Assembly: GCA_041659065.1 (NCBI GenBank)
Contig: JBAZYY010000001.1
Location: forward strand, 1 to 58,846
DNA length: 58,846 nt
Reading direction: 5' to 3'
Origin: Parcubacteria group bacterium
GTDB taxonomy: Bacteria; Patescibacteriota; Minisyncoccia; Moranbacterales; UBA11712
The position numbers and the translations under genes were made by a program. A model generated the notes under the pieces. It was not told the DNA's origin. It ran no database searches and saw nothing but the letters and a program-made list of their open reading frames with translations. Shown piece by piece: positions 9,075 through 17,689 of this stretch; within the stretch, counting starts at the first letter, position 1, and each line of letters begins with the position of its first letter.

Positions 9075-10937
9075 ATGCTAAAACACAAATACAAAATCGC
9101 CGCAATTTTTATCTGCCTTTTATTTTTCTTTCTGGCGCTTTTTTCCAGCGCCGGTTTTGACTGGAAACACCTGAAATTTTCCGGCAACGGAATCATAGCT
9201 GACGAAATACCTCATATCTCCAGTGGATATTACTATCTGAAAACCCACCGGTACTTTATAAATCCGGAGCACCCGCCGCTCGTGAAAGATATCGGGGGAT
9301 TAGGGCAGCTTCTCATCCACCCGGCTTTTCCTGATATTTCGGATCAGGAGACGCTGCTGGACAGCTATCAAAGGCCGACTTATCCTTTTCAAAATACGGT
9401 CTTTCCCAAGGCTCTGGAGTGGCAGAATAACCAGGATCATTTCGGAGTGATGTATCTCTTTCATCCTGGCAATAATCCCGATCTCATCGCGTTCTGGGCG
9501 CGTCTTGGAATAATTCTCGCCAATACGCTGCTTCTATATCTTGTATATTTTTTTCTTTCAAAAATTTGGACCCCGAGATCGGCTCTCGCGGGGCTGTTTT
9601 TTATGGCTGTGTCGCAATTCAGCATCGCGCACGGATCTTTCGTCGTGATAGATTTTATGTCGGGGTTGCTGCTGGTTCTGGCTCTGATAATATTTGCCAT
9701 TTACCTCAAAAATTATGCCGACGGGAAGAAAAATTCACTGATGTTTTTTCTAGCCGCGCTTTTTTTCGCGCTGGCGCTTCTCTCAAAGTTCTCTTCCGTG
9801 GTGTTGGTGCTGGCGGCTTTTTTGGGCGGACTTCTGTTCATCATTTTCCACAAAAGGACAGTTAAGGATTCGCTAAAATATATTTTTGCTTACGCAGCAC
9901 TAATGATTGTGGCTTTCTCTTTCGTCTCGATCTTTTACGCTTTTCATGTCGCTCGGATGGAAGATGATATGCTGGCCAAGCAACTTCATGATACTTTTCC
10001 GTATGAACAACTGCCGGCAATTGGCACTAAAGTGTTGGATGTCATGGTCTATGGCAATGTTTTCACGAAAGGCCTGGCTGAATATTTTAACGGGGTTTTT
10101 ATGGTCATGAGCCGCATGATTGTGTCTGCGCAAAACACCTATTTTCTCGGCCATGTCTATGGCAACGAGGGCGCGGGAATTTGGTATTTTCCGGTACTCT
10201 ATCTGACAAAGCTTTCTCTCGGTCTCCACTTTTTCACGCTACTGACACTGACGATCCTTGTCGCGGGGTTTTTCCGCGGAAAAGAAAAAATTTTGCCGCG
10301 CCTCCGAAAATTCATCTCCAATCCTTTGCCCTGTATTTTTGCGATCTTCATCGTTGCCTATATGCTGGTTACCTTTTCCTCCACTTTCCAAATCGGACTG
10401 CGGCATATCATGCCCGTCATCTTGGCAGCGGCGATTCTCACCGGGAGAGGCGTGGATGTTTTTTGGGAGAAAAATATCTGGAAAACAGTCAAGCTGAAAC
10501 ACGCCTTCATGGTTGTATCGGTGCTGATGTTTTTTTCGGTGATTTGCAGCTTTCCATATTACCTGAGCTACTACAACGCCTTGGCCGGGGGGACCGACAA
10601 TGGCTATCTGGTCGCGACGGATTCGAATTATGACTGGGGCGGATCTGACGTCCGGCGGCTTGCGAAATGGATGCGGGATAATAACGTGCGCGAAATTTAC
10701 ACGCAGATGTTCGCTGACGTTCCGCTCAAATATTATCTTGGCGACGGACAAAGCAATTTTAATCTTCAAGACGCGGGCCAGCTGCCCCCGTCCGGATCGC
10801 TGATCGCGGTCTCAGTCTTTGAATATATGAACAATGTCTATTCCGACTCGATTCCGCCGGAGAGGAAATATACCATTCTCGACGGCCATCAAATCGCGCG
10901 GGTAGGCAAAACCATCTTCATCTTCCAAGTGCCATAG
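9075..10937 (+). CDS. GT-C fold glycosyltransferase (PMT_2/ArnT-like, polyprenol-phosphate-sugar dependent)
   Basis: Polytopic membrane protein. The loop motif ADEIPHISSGYYY...NPEHPPLVK is typical of GT39/GT83-like enzymes. The ATG at 9075 is preferred over the TTG at 9060, which lies inside the repeat. Confidence 0.8.
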   Translation: MLKHKYKIAAIFICLLFFFLALFSSAGFDWKHLKFSGNGIIADEIPHISSGYYYLKTHRYFINPEHPPLVKDIGGLGQLLIHPAFPDISDQETLLDSYQRPTYPFQNTVFPKALEWQNNQDHFGVMYLFHPGNNPDLIAFWARLGIILANTLLLYLVYFFLSKIWTPRSALAGLFFMAVSQFSIAHGSFVVIDFMSGLLLVLALIIFAIYLKNYADGKKNSLMFFLAALFFALALLSKFSSVVLVLAAFLGGLLFIIFHKRTVKDSLKYIFAYAALMIVAFSFVSIFYAFHVARMEDDMLAKQLHDTFPYEQLPAIGTKVLDVMVYGNVFTKGLAEYFNGVFMVMSRMIVSAQNTYFLGHVYGNEGAGIWYFPVLYLTKLSLGLHFFTLLTLTILVAGFFRGKEKILPRLRKFISNPLPCIFAIFIVAYMLVTFSSTFQIGLRHIMPVILAAAILTGRGVDVFWEKNIWKTVKLKHAFMVVSVLMFFSVICSFPYYLSYYNALAGGTDNGYLVATDSNYDWGGSDVRRLAKWMRDNNVREIYTQMFADVPLKYYLGDGQSNFNLQDAGQLPPSGSLIAVSVFEYMNNVYSDSIPPERKYTILDGHQIARVGKTIFIFQVP

Positions 10938-11000
10938 CTGCGTTATTTGAGCTTAAAGATAAAAAATAGATAGAATCATAAAAAATATTTAATGTAAATG

Positions 11001-11024
11001 CTACCATCATTGGTAGGATGGTAG
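11001..11024 (+). repeat. 24-nt three-hexamer motif, copy 1 (CTACCATCATTGGTAGGATGGTAG)
   Basis: Layout is CTACCA-N4-TGGTAG-N2-TGGTAG. It lies 39 nt upstream of the TrpR-like gene and 64 nt after the GT-C stop. Confidence 0.9.
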
Positions 11025-11062
11025 TATATGCCAAAAATTAAATTATTTTTTACATAGAATCA

Positions 11063-11593
11063 ATGAATAATAAAGAGGGTATACCGAAAGATGAGGTTTC
11101 AAAACTATTTTATAAACTCTGTGTTGCAATAGCGGAGATGAAAAACCCGCAGGAATCAGCAGAGCTTTTGCGTGATTTACTCTCCTATTCCGAATCCAAG
11201 ATGATAGCTAAAAGACTAAAGATCGCAGAGTTGATTTTGATCGGGAAAACCTATGAGGAAATAAGAGAAAAGCTAAAAGTTGGTTATGGAAAAATTGCAC
11301 GAGTTCAGGAATGGCTAAATATCTCAGGCGGGGGATATCGAAAAGCGGTTAATAGATCAAAAGAAAAAGACTATCCTCATGAGAATAATTCATCTGGAGA
11401 CTCGGAGGGTTGGAGAATGTTAAAAAAGAAATACCCAATGTATTATTGGCCGGAAATGCTTTTGGAAGAAATGATAAGAAATTCCGGTAAAAAACAAAAA
11501 GAAAAAATAATGAGAGCGATGGGGGAAATGGAGAAAGCGAAACAAAAAACGGAACTTTTTCTCAAAATCAATAGGTTGCTTACTAGAAAATAG
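11063..11593 (+). CDS. TrpR-related YerC/YecD family DNA-binding protein with a K/E-rich C-terminal extension
   Basis: The LFYKLCVAIAEMKNPQESAELLRDLLSYSESKMIAKRLKIAELILIGKTYEEIREKLKVGYGKIARVQEWL stretch is collinear with YerC-type Trp-repressor-fold proteins. Confidence 0.82.
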   Translation: MNNKEGIPKDEVSKLFYKLCVAIAEMKNPQESAELLRDLLSYSESKMIAKRLKIAELILIGKTYEEIREKLKVGYGKIARVQEWLNISGGGYRKAVNRSKEKDYPHENNSSGDSEGWRMLKKKYPMYYWPEMLLEEMIRNSGKKQKEKIMRAMGEMEKAKQKTELFLKINRLLTRK

Positions 11594-11601
11594 CGGAAAT
11601 G

Positions 11602-11625
11602 CTACCACGCTACCAAGGATGGTAG
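11602..11625 (-). repeat. 24-nt motif, copy 2, inverted orientation (CTACCACGCTACCAAGGATGGTAG)
   Basis: The reverse complement, CTACCATCCTTGGTAGCGTGGTAG, matches copies 1 and 4 except in spacer bases. It starts 9 nt after the TrpR-like stop. Confidence 0.9.
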
Positions 11626-11731
11626 TAATTGCAAAATTAGAGTATAGGATGGGGTGTGGATAAGTGGTGGTGGCGGGAGCGAAATTTGTTATATATAATA
11701 GGAATATTAAGACTTAGGGAGGTGGGTAGAA

Positions 11732-11809
11732 ATGAAGATTTTTATTAAGTATCTGGAGTCTATTTATAAAGTAAGCCGCAATCTCACCGCTTTATGGTGG
11801 GGTTTTTAA
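11732..11809 (+). CDS. Leader-peptide-like mini-ORF (MKIFIKYLESIYKVSRNLTALWWGF) with tandem Trp codons
   Basis: A GGGAGG SD (11717-11722) sits 9 nt before the ATG. TGG TGG is at 11795-11800. The ORF ends inside a hairpin plus T-run. Confidence 0.3.
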   Translation: MKIFIKYLESIYKVSRNLTALWWGF

Positions 11810-11947
11810 TACCCGATAAAAATTAAAAATAAAAAAATATACCGTAATACGGGTTTATTACGGTTAAGCGGTGTAAATTTATATAAGAATTAATCAAAAA
11901 CAATCTCCGCGAAGTTTGAAACTGCGCGGGGTTGTGGAAAGAAAAAA

Positions 11948-12226
11948 ATGTTTTTTGGACCAAATCCAGAATTAGAAATTAATATAAACATTGTTATCAT
12001 AGTCACACTGTTTGTCATATCCGTTATTTTATTCGCATTTTCTAAAAAATTCTTAGTTTCAGTGCTATTTTTTTCACTTCTCGAAAATATTGTTATGGTT
12101 TTTAATATGTATACTAGATCCTTTCTGTTTATAAACGCTAGCTTTTTATTAATATATTTTGTGCTTCTTCTTTGGCCCCTGTTTAATATTGCTTTAATTT
12201 ATAAATTAATAACACGCAGAAAATGA
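11948..12226 (+). CDS. Small hydrophobic membrane protein
   Basis: 92 aa with about 3 TM helices. Its stop overlaps the next start (ATGA), which suggests translational coupling. Confidence 0.6.
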   Translation: MFFGPNPELEININIVIIVTLFVISVILFAFSKKFLVSVLFFSLLENIVMVFNMYTRSFLFINASFLLIYFVLLLWPLFNIALIYKLITRRK

Positions 12227-15129
12227 AAAAAACAAAAAGAGTTTTCATCGGAATATTGATTTTTGCATTTGTCATAGCTCCGATTAAGCCAAGCGGGCTG
12301 ATAAATTATCTTTCCAGTAGGGCCATCGCGCAAGACAACGAGATAACGGAGGGTGAAACGTTTTGGAATGAAGACATCACTGTCACAGGTGATTTTTTTG
12401 TAGGTCCGGATGCGTTTCTCACGATAAAAAAAGGAGTAACTGTGACTCTTGATAACTCTAATTTTATAGTCGAAGGCGGACTTTTCGTTGAAGGTACGGT
12501 GAAAGATCCTGTGAAATTTAAGAAGGCTAATGAAAATAGTGTATATTTCCTCACAATAAGAGATGGTGCTTGGGCAGAATTTAAAAATTTTGACATAAGC
12601 GAAGCTGGCTATTTTGATGACGGTGGAATCCCCCCTGTTCAGGTTAGGAATTCAACTGTTAGCCGAGCTTATGCCGAGGAGCTGATTCCAGCAATTCAGA
12701 TTGACGAATCCTCTTTTCTTTGCGACGCTTGCGCTTTTCATTCCAATGCTGCCGGAATTTCTCTAAAAAATTTGAAATTCTATTCGGAAATTAAAGTAAA
12801 TCGCTCTAAATTTTTTGATAATGAAAAATACGATGTGAATTATGATAACAGCAAAGATTTATCTAGCTTGCTTGATTTTCAGCATAACTGGTGGGGGAGT
12901 AGGTCTGGTCCGGAAAAAACAGCTGGAAATATTAATACTTCAAATTTTACGGTCAAAGAAGATTTTCGTGACCCCGTTATTGTTATCCCTGGGATTATGG
13001 GTTCTTGGAAGGTCGGTGATAAATGGGAGCTAGATCCCATAACTCATTCATATGACAATTTAATTTTCGAGCTTGATAACGAGGGTTATACTCCAGGCTA
13101 TGATCTTTTTGAATTTCCGTACCAATGGCGAAACAGCAACGTAGAAAACGCTGAATATCTGGGAAATTATATAGACGCTATCGAAACCCAAAAAAGTTGG
13201 CCGAAAGTTGACATTGTGGCGCATTCAATGGGCGGACTTCTAGCGCGACAGTACATCGAATCCTTTGAAAATGAATATGAGATTGATGTTGACCAGCTAA
13301 TTACCCTTGGAACACCACATAACGGTTCCTTAGTTGCATATCTGATGCGGGAAGCAGGGGAGGGTTTTTCAGGTATTGATGGTTATGCAGCAAAAAAAAT
13401 ATTTACTCGTGAGGCTGAAAAGGCAAGCGAAGAGAATCTATTCTACTATATCCGTAATCGGCCGATGTCATCGGTCCAAGAATTATTACCTACAAATAAT
13501 TATCTGTTTAACTTGGATTCTAATTCGCCAAAAATATATCCAACTGGCTATCCGCGAAATGAATTTCTGGAAAAATTAAATAGCGAAGACGGGATGATAA
13601 AATTGAACATGGTCGAATTCGACAATATTTATGGAGAATATTCAGGAGAAAAAACTCTAGGAGGGTTTAAAACTATCAATGCGCCAGCTTTCGGCGATTA
13701 TTGGGAGCATGGCTATCCCAAAAATTACAATTTTCTTGGAAGCAAAGAAGGACTTGTCTATGTTGAAGGAGACGGAACTGTGCCGAAAGATTCGGCAATT
13801 TCCGTGCCGAGCGATGAAAGGAGGGGCGTCCCGTCTTCTCATAATAAATTACCAACCGAGGCTCAAAAAGATGTACTTGAATATTTGACAGGCATAAGGC
13901 CTGCTAACGAAATCAGGGATGCCGGAATGGATATACGAGAGATATTGCTGATTCAGGTTTATTGCCCTATTGATATTCAAGTGACCGATCCGAATGGAAA
14001 TATCAGTGGAACAAATTTTGCGAATGGATCTTCTATTAATAATATCGAGGGGGCCGCTTATATAAAAAATGGCGACAACGAAGAATTTATCACGATTCCA
14101 AATCCGGTTAAAGATGAGCAGTATATAATCAAAACCAAGGGGACGGGTGAGGGTGGAGACTATAAGATTGAAGTCGCGAAAATAACTGAGAATAATTCAA
14201 ATCCAGATCAAACCGAAGAACCGCCCGTGATAATCGAAGGAAATATTCAGTCCGGTGATTTTGACGAAACGGCGATAAAAATAGAAAATGATGAGATCTT
14301 AATTTCTGACCAGCCAGCGGACACCACGCCTCCCACCATTATCGGGTATGCGACAACTCAGCCGAATGCGAGTGGTTGGTATAATACCGATGTGGTTGTG
14401 CGGTTTGAGGCGGCGGACAGCGAATCGGGAATCGAGAGTGTGACGCCGGATGTTGTAATTTCCACGGAAGGAGCGAATCAATCTGTCACTGGCACGGCGA
14501 TTGATAAGGCGGGAAACAGCGCGACGTATGCGGTATCGGGCATAAATATCGATAAAGCTCCTCCCGCAATCTCAATTACTTCCCCGAAACCCATAAAATA
14601 TCAAAATAATCAAATTCTGCCGATAAATCTTCAAGTGGCGGACAATTTCAGCTCGCGGGATAAAATAGCAAGCGCTGCCGTCTATGACAAGGCGGATTTT
14701 CCAAAAAATAACATCGATCTGTCTCTTGAGCGTCTCGGGCCTCACAATCTAAAAATCACGGCCGGAGACGAAGCGGGAAATAATTCCGAGACAAAAGTTG
14801 ATTTTTTTGTCGTGACGAATCTTGACGCGATCAGGAGTAATGTTGCGCATTACTGGAATCTCAAATTAATCAAGAGGAAAGTTGAGAAAAGTTATCTTGA
14901 AATGCAGATAAAAATTCTCAAGGAGCAATTCGGAGTTTTGGAGCGGACAAAATCAATGCGAATAAACCCGAGAATCAAGGAATTATTCATCCAATCCCAA
15001 AAGCAACTGATTAATTTCAGAATCAAAGCGCTCGTCAATCAGCTGAGACATAATTCTCCGCGCTGGATCGAAGAAAAAGCAGCCGCAGCCTTGATAGAGA
15101 GTTTGAATTCGATAAGAATACTCCAATAG
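12223..15129 (+). CDS. Secreted multidomain lipase/esterase-like protein (beta-helix-like N-terminal region, alpha/beta-hydrolase, Ig-like C-terminal domains)
   Basis: Signal peptide. PGAP1/LCAT-like strings VIVIPGIMGSW and VAHSMGGLLARQY (GxSxG) followed by GTPHNGS. A C-terminal DTTPPT...GWYNTDVVV...DSESGI Ig-like module. Confidence 0.8.
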   Translation: MKKTKRVFIGILIFAFVIAPIKPSGLINYLSSRAIAQDNEITEGETFWNEDITVTGDFFVGPDAFLTIKKGVTVTLDNSNFIVEGGLFVEGTVKDPVKFKKANENSVYFLTIRDGAWAEFKNFDISEAGYFDDGGIPPVQVRNSTVSRAYAEELIPAIQIDESSFLCDACAFHSNAAGISLKNLKFYSEIKVNRSKFFDNEKYDVNYDNSKDLSSLLDFQHNWWGSRSGPEKTAGNINTSNFTVKEDFRDPVIVIPGIMGSWKVGDKWELDPITHSYDNLIFELDNEGYTPGYDLFEFPYQWRNSNVENAEYLGNYIDAIETQKSWPKVDIVAHSMGGLLARQYIESFENEYEIDVDQLITLGTPHNGSLVAYLMREAGEGFSGIDGYAAKKIFTREAEKASEENLFYYIRNRPMSSVQELLPTNNYLFNLDSNSPKIYPTGYPRNEFLEKLNSEDGMIKLNMVEFDNIYGEYSGEKTLGGFKTINAPAFGDYWEHGYPKNYNFLGSKEGLVYVEGDGTVPKDSAISVPSDERRGVPSSHNKLPTEAQKDVLEYLTGIRPANEIRDAGMDIREILLIQVYCPIDIQVTDPNGNISGTNFANGSSINNIEGAAYIKNGDNEEFITIPNPVKDEQYIIKTKGTGEGGDYKIEVAKITENNSNPDQTEEPPVIIEGNIQSGDFDETAIKIENDEILISDQPADTTPPTIIGYATTQPNASGWYNTDVVVRFEAADSESGIESVTPDVVISTEGANQSVTGTAIDKAGNSATYAVSGINIDKAPPAISITSPKPIKYQNNQILPINLQVADNFSSRDKIASAAVYDKADFPKNNIDLSLERLGPHNLKITAGDEAGNNSETKVDFFVVTNLDAIRSNVAHYWNLKLIKRKVEKSYLEMQIKILKEQFGVLERTKSMRINPRIKELFIQSQKQLINFRIKALVNQLRHNSPRWIEEKAAAALIESLNSIRILQ

Positions 15130-15144
15130 TAAAAAATGCACATA

Positions 15145-15168
15145 CTACCACGCTACCAATGATGGTAG
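15145..15168 (-). repeat. 24-nt motif, copy 3, inverted orientation (CTACCACGCTACCAATGATGGTAG)
   Basis: Its reverse complement matches copy 1 at 22/24 positions. It starts 16 nt after the lipase-like gene stop. Confidence 0.9.
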
Positions 15169-15319
15169 GATATGCATGTTTTAAAAAAGTAAAGAGGGCG
15201 GGAAGGGAGAAGCGCTGGTCTGGCTCAGAAGCACCAATTAAAGGAACGCTCCCTGCCTGGGGCAGGGAGCAAAGGGCCAAATATGGCAATTTTAAAATAT
15301 TGGCTAAAGATCTGGCGGT

Positions 15320-15580
15320 TTATGCCGGCGCTGCTTGGGCTTCTGAACCGCCTTGAGGCCGGTCTAGCAAGTAGTCATTCGCCAAGCGCAACGCCTCGCC
15401 TCTCGCGTGCATTTGGCATCCGACATCAGTGCAAGAATCCGGAACCTCAACGGGGAGCAACTTCTTCCCCGAATAAACTGCATACTGGACTTCCGGTACG
15501 CCGCCGCAGTCCTCTGAAATGCACTTTTCCTGCCGGGGTGTTATTTTTGTTGCCTCCACCTTGATGTTATCCGTTGTCAT
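15320..15580 (-). CDS. Hypothetical 86-aa Cys-containing protein in the GC-rich island
   Basis: A strong SD (AAGGAGG) ends 7 nt upstream of the ATG on the minus strand. Contains CISEDC ... CTDVGC. No family recognised. Confidence 0.55.
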   Translation of the reverse strand: MTTDNIKVEATKITPRQEKCISEDCGGVPEVQYAVYSGKKLLPVEVPDSCTDVGCQMHARGEALRLANDYLLDRPQGGSEAQAAPA

Positions 15581-15786
15581 ACACCTTCCTCCTTTATTCT
15601 TCCCATTTTTGGGAGATATGTCATTTTGTCATGAAATAAATCAAGGGTCAAGAGCGGAAAATATTTAGATTGCGGCTGCAATGCCTGTTTTTTCAGGCAA
15701 ACGGCATAAATATTCACAAGCTGTGTATTGAGTAGCAATGGGAAGTCTTGGCGCTTCTCAAAAATCTAAGTGGGAGGTGGCCAGTC

Positions 15787-16176
15787 ATGGCCGAGGCAAA
15801 CCGGGAAATAATGGAATTATTGGGAACCTTGGCCATCGCAATCGGGCCAATTGTGGACGAGGAAAACCTTAAGGTTGAATATTACAACGTCCAGGACTCC
15901 TCGCTCAAAAACGAGCCGTCATATTTTTTGGCCAGCAGGCGGAGCGCGGAGCCGACTCTGCCGCTGTTTTCTCCCGAGAATTATATTTTGCGTTTTCCGG
16001 ATCCGGCGCGGGAGGGAAGGCTACTGGCATCGAAATCGGTGCCGGTTCGGCTCATAAATATCCCAAAGTTAGCTTTTTGGGTAGAGGCCGCCCTCAAAGC
16101 TATGAAAGCTATCTATGCCAAGGAAGGCCTCATAGTCGACTTCAAGATCGAATATTTTGAGCCTCCAACATGCTAA
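15787..16176 (+). CDS. Hypothetical 129-aa protein in the GC-rich island
   Basis: A GGGAGG SD sits 9 nt before the ATG at 15787, which is preferred over the TTG at 15748. No family recognised. Confidence 0.55.
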   Translation: MAEANREIMELLGTLAIAIGPIVDEENLKVEYYNVQDSSLKNEPSYFLASRRSAEPTLPLFSPENYILRFPDPAREGRLLASKSVPVRLINIPKLAFWVEAALKAMKAIYAKEGLIVDFKIEYFEPPTC

Positions 16177-16202
16177 GTCAGGGCATCGGAGAGTCGAAAA
16201 AA

Positions 16203-16241
16203 GGGACGGACACAAGGCGCCATCTTGCATCCGCCCCTTTT
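16203..16241 (+). terminator. Candidate terminator after the 15787-16176 gene
   Basis: GGGACGGA ... TCCGCCCC stem followed by TTTT, with an A-run upstream. Confidence 0.5.
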
Positions 16242-16357
16242 AAATTTGCTGCTTCACGGAAAGATTGAAAAAATGCGCCAGTAGGGGTATAATTTGACTC
16301 ATGAGTCCGGTAGCGAAAATTTGAAAAACACTATGTTTTACGATAGGTCAATAGAAG

Positions 16358-16386
16358 TTGACTTTCTGAATAGTTTTAAGTATACT
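16358..16386 (+). promoter_or_regulatory. Near-consensus promoter of the AAA+ ATPase gene
   Basis: TTGACT (16358-16363), a 17-nt spacer, then TATACT (16381-16386), 36 nt before the ATG. Confidence 0.5.
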
Positions 16387-16421
16387 TAAAATATATCAAT
16401 AAATTATAAATAGTTTTAAGT

Positions 16422-17636
16422 ATGACTAAAATATATCAAAAACGCCCATATTATCTCGATAAAATCGCTCCTTTTATTGGAGTTGATCTTATTAAGGTGC
16501 TTGTCGGCCAAAGGCGCGTTGGCAAAAGCTATATTTTATTGCAGTTGATGGACGTGATAAAATCCAAGGACAAGAAGGCGAATATCGTTTATATCAACAA
16601 AGAAGAGAATGAATATGACGCGATTATTAATTATCGCGATTTAATTGTTTATGCTGAAAAGCGCGTTGTTGCTAAAGTTAATAACTATCTGTTCGTTGAT
16701 GAAATTCAGGATATCGAAAACTTTGAAAAAGCACTAAGGCATCTTTTCGCAAAAAAAACTTTTGATCTTTATTGCACCGGTAGCAACGCGCGACTCCTCT
16801 CCTCGGAAATTGCCACCGGCTTGTCCGGCCGCTATATCGAAATTTCCATACACCCCTTGTCGTATCGTGAATTTTTGCAATTTCAAAAATTGCCGTCTGG
16901 CGAAAAATCATTGATGAAGTATATCCGTTATGGAGGATTACCCTTTCTTGCCAATTTGGAACTCACTGATGAAATTGCATACGGTTATTTACAAAGCGTA
17001 TATAATACAATCATATTGAATGATGTGGTGGCGCGATTCAATATCAGAAACATCAATTTTCTTAATCGTCTCTTGGAATATTTGGCGGACAATATTGGAT
17101 CCCTGGTTTCTGCTAATCGGATTAGTGAATTTTTGAAATCACAAAAAATAAAAACTACGCCTAATATTGTTTTGGATTATTTGTCATTTTTAACTTCCAG
17201 TTTTATCATTCGCGAAGTCAACCGGGCGAATATCAAAGGAAAAAAGATCTTTGAAATCAATGAAAAATATTATTGGGAAGATCTGGGGCTAAGAAATTCA
17301 CTAGTTGGCTATAAAGCGATGGAGATCGGGCAGATTTTGGAAAATTTGGTTTTCTCGCACTTGTCGCGATTGGGATTTACAATTCATGTCGGCCAATTGG
17401 GAAATAAAGAAATTGATTTTGTCGCCGAGAAAGAAGGAAAAAAAATATATATCCAGGTGGCTTATTTAATAAATGACAATGTGACTAAAAATCGGGAATT
17501 TGGCAATTTGCTAGCTATATCGGATAATTATCAAAAGATCGTGGTTTCTATGGATAAAATGGTCGGTAGCGATTATCAAGGCATAAAACATTGGCAAATC
17601 GTTGATTTTTTGCTAAATGATAAGCTGTTGGATTAG
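16422..17636 (+). CDS. AAA+ ATPase (AAA_14 plus DUF4143-type)
   Basis: Walker A GQRRVGKS and Walker B LFVDEIQ. The overall layout is typical of the predicted-ATPase family with a C-terminal DUF4143 domain. Confidence 0.85.
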   Translation: MTKIYQKRPYYLDKIAPFIGVDLIKVLVGQRRVGKSYILLQLMDVIKSKDKKANIVYINKEENEYDAIINYRDLIVYAEKRVVAKVNNYLFVDEIQDIENFEKALRHLFAKKTFDLYCTGSNARLLSSEIATGLSGRYIEISIHPLSYREFLQFQKLPSGEKSLMKYIRYGGLPFLANLELTDEIAYGYLQSVYNTIILNDVVARFNIRNINFLNRLLEYLADNIGSLVSANRISEFLKSQKIKTTPNIVLDYLSFLTSSFIIREVNRANIKGKKIFEINEKYYWEDLGLRNSLVGYKAMEIGQILENLVFSHLSRLGFTIHVGQLGNKEIDFVAEKEGKKIYIQVAYLINDNVTKNREFGNLLAISDNYQKIVVSMDKMVGSDYQGIKHWQIVDFLLNDKLLD

Positions 17637-17689
17637 TTATGACTATTTATACGCTCAATGCCCAAATAGTTATATAATTGGACAAGTAT

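Noticed and set aside
11640-11700. Purine/G-rich tract (GGGGTGTGGATAAGTGGTGGTGGCGGGAGC) as a riboswitch or G-quadruplex element
   Set aside because: I could recognise no known riboswitch consensus, and the G-runs are too short and irregular for a confident quadruplex call.
15159-15564. Plus-strand ORFs of 65 and 93 aa overlapping the minus-strand 86-aa gene
   Set aside because: High GC inflates ORF length on both strands. Only the minus-strand ORF has a well-spaced strong SD (AAGGAGG). Coding status of the whole island is still only moderate confidence.
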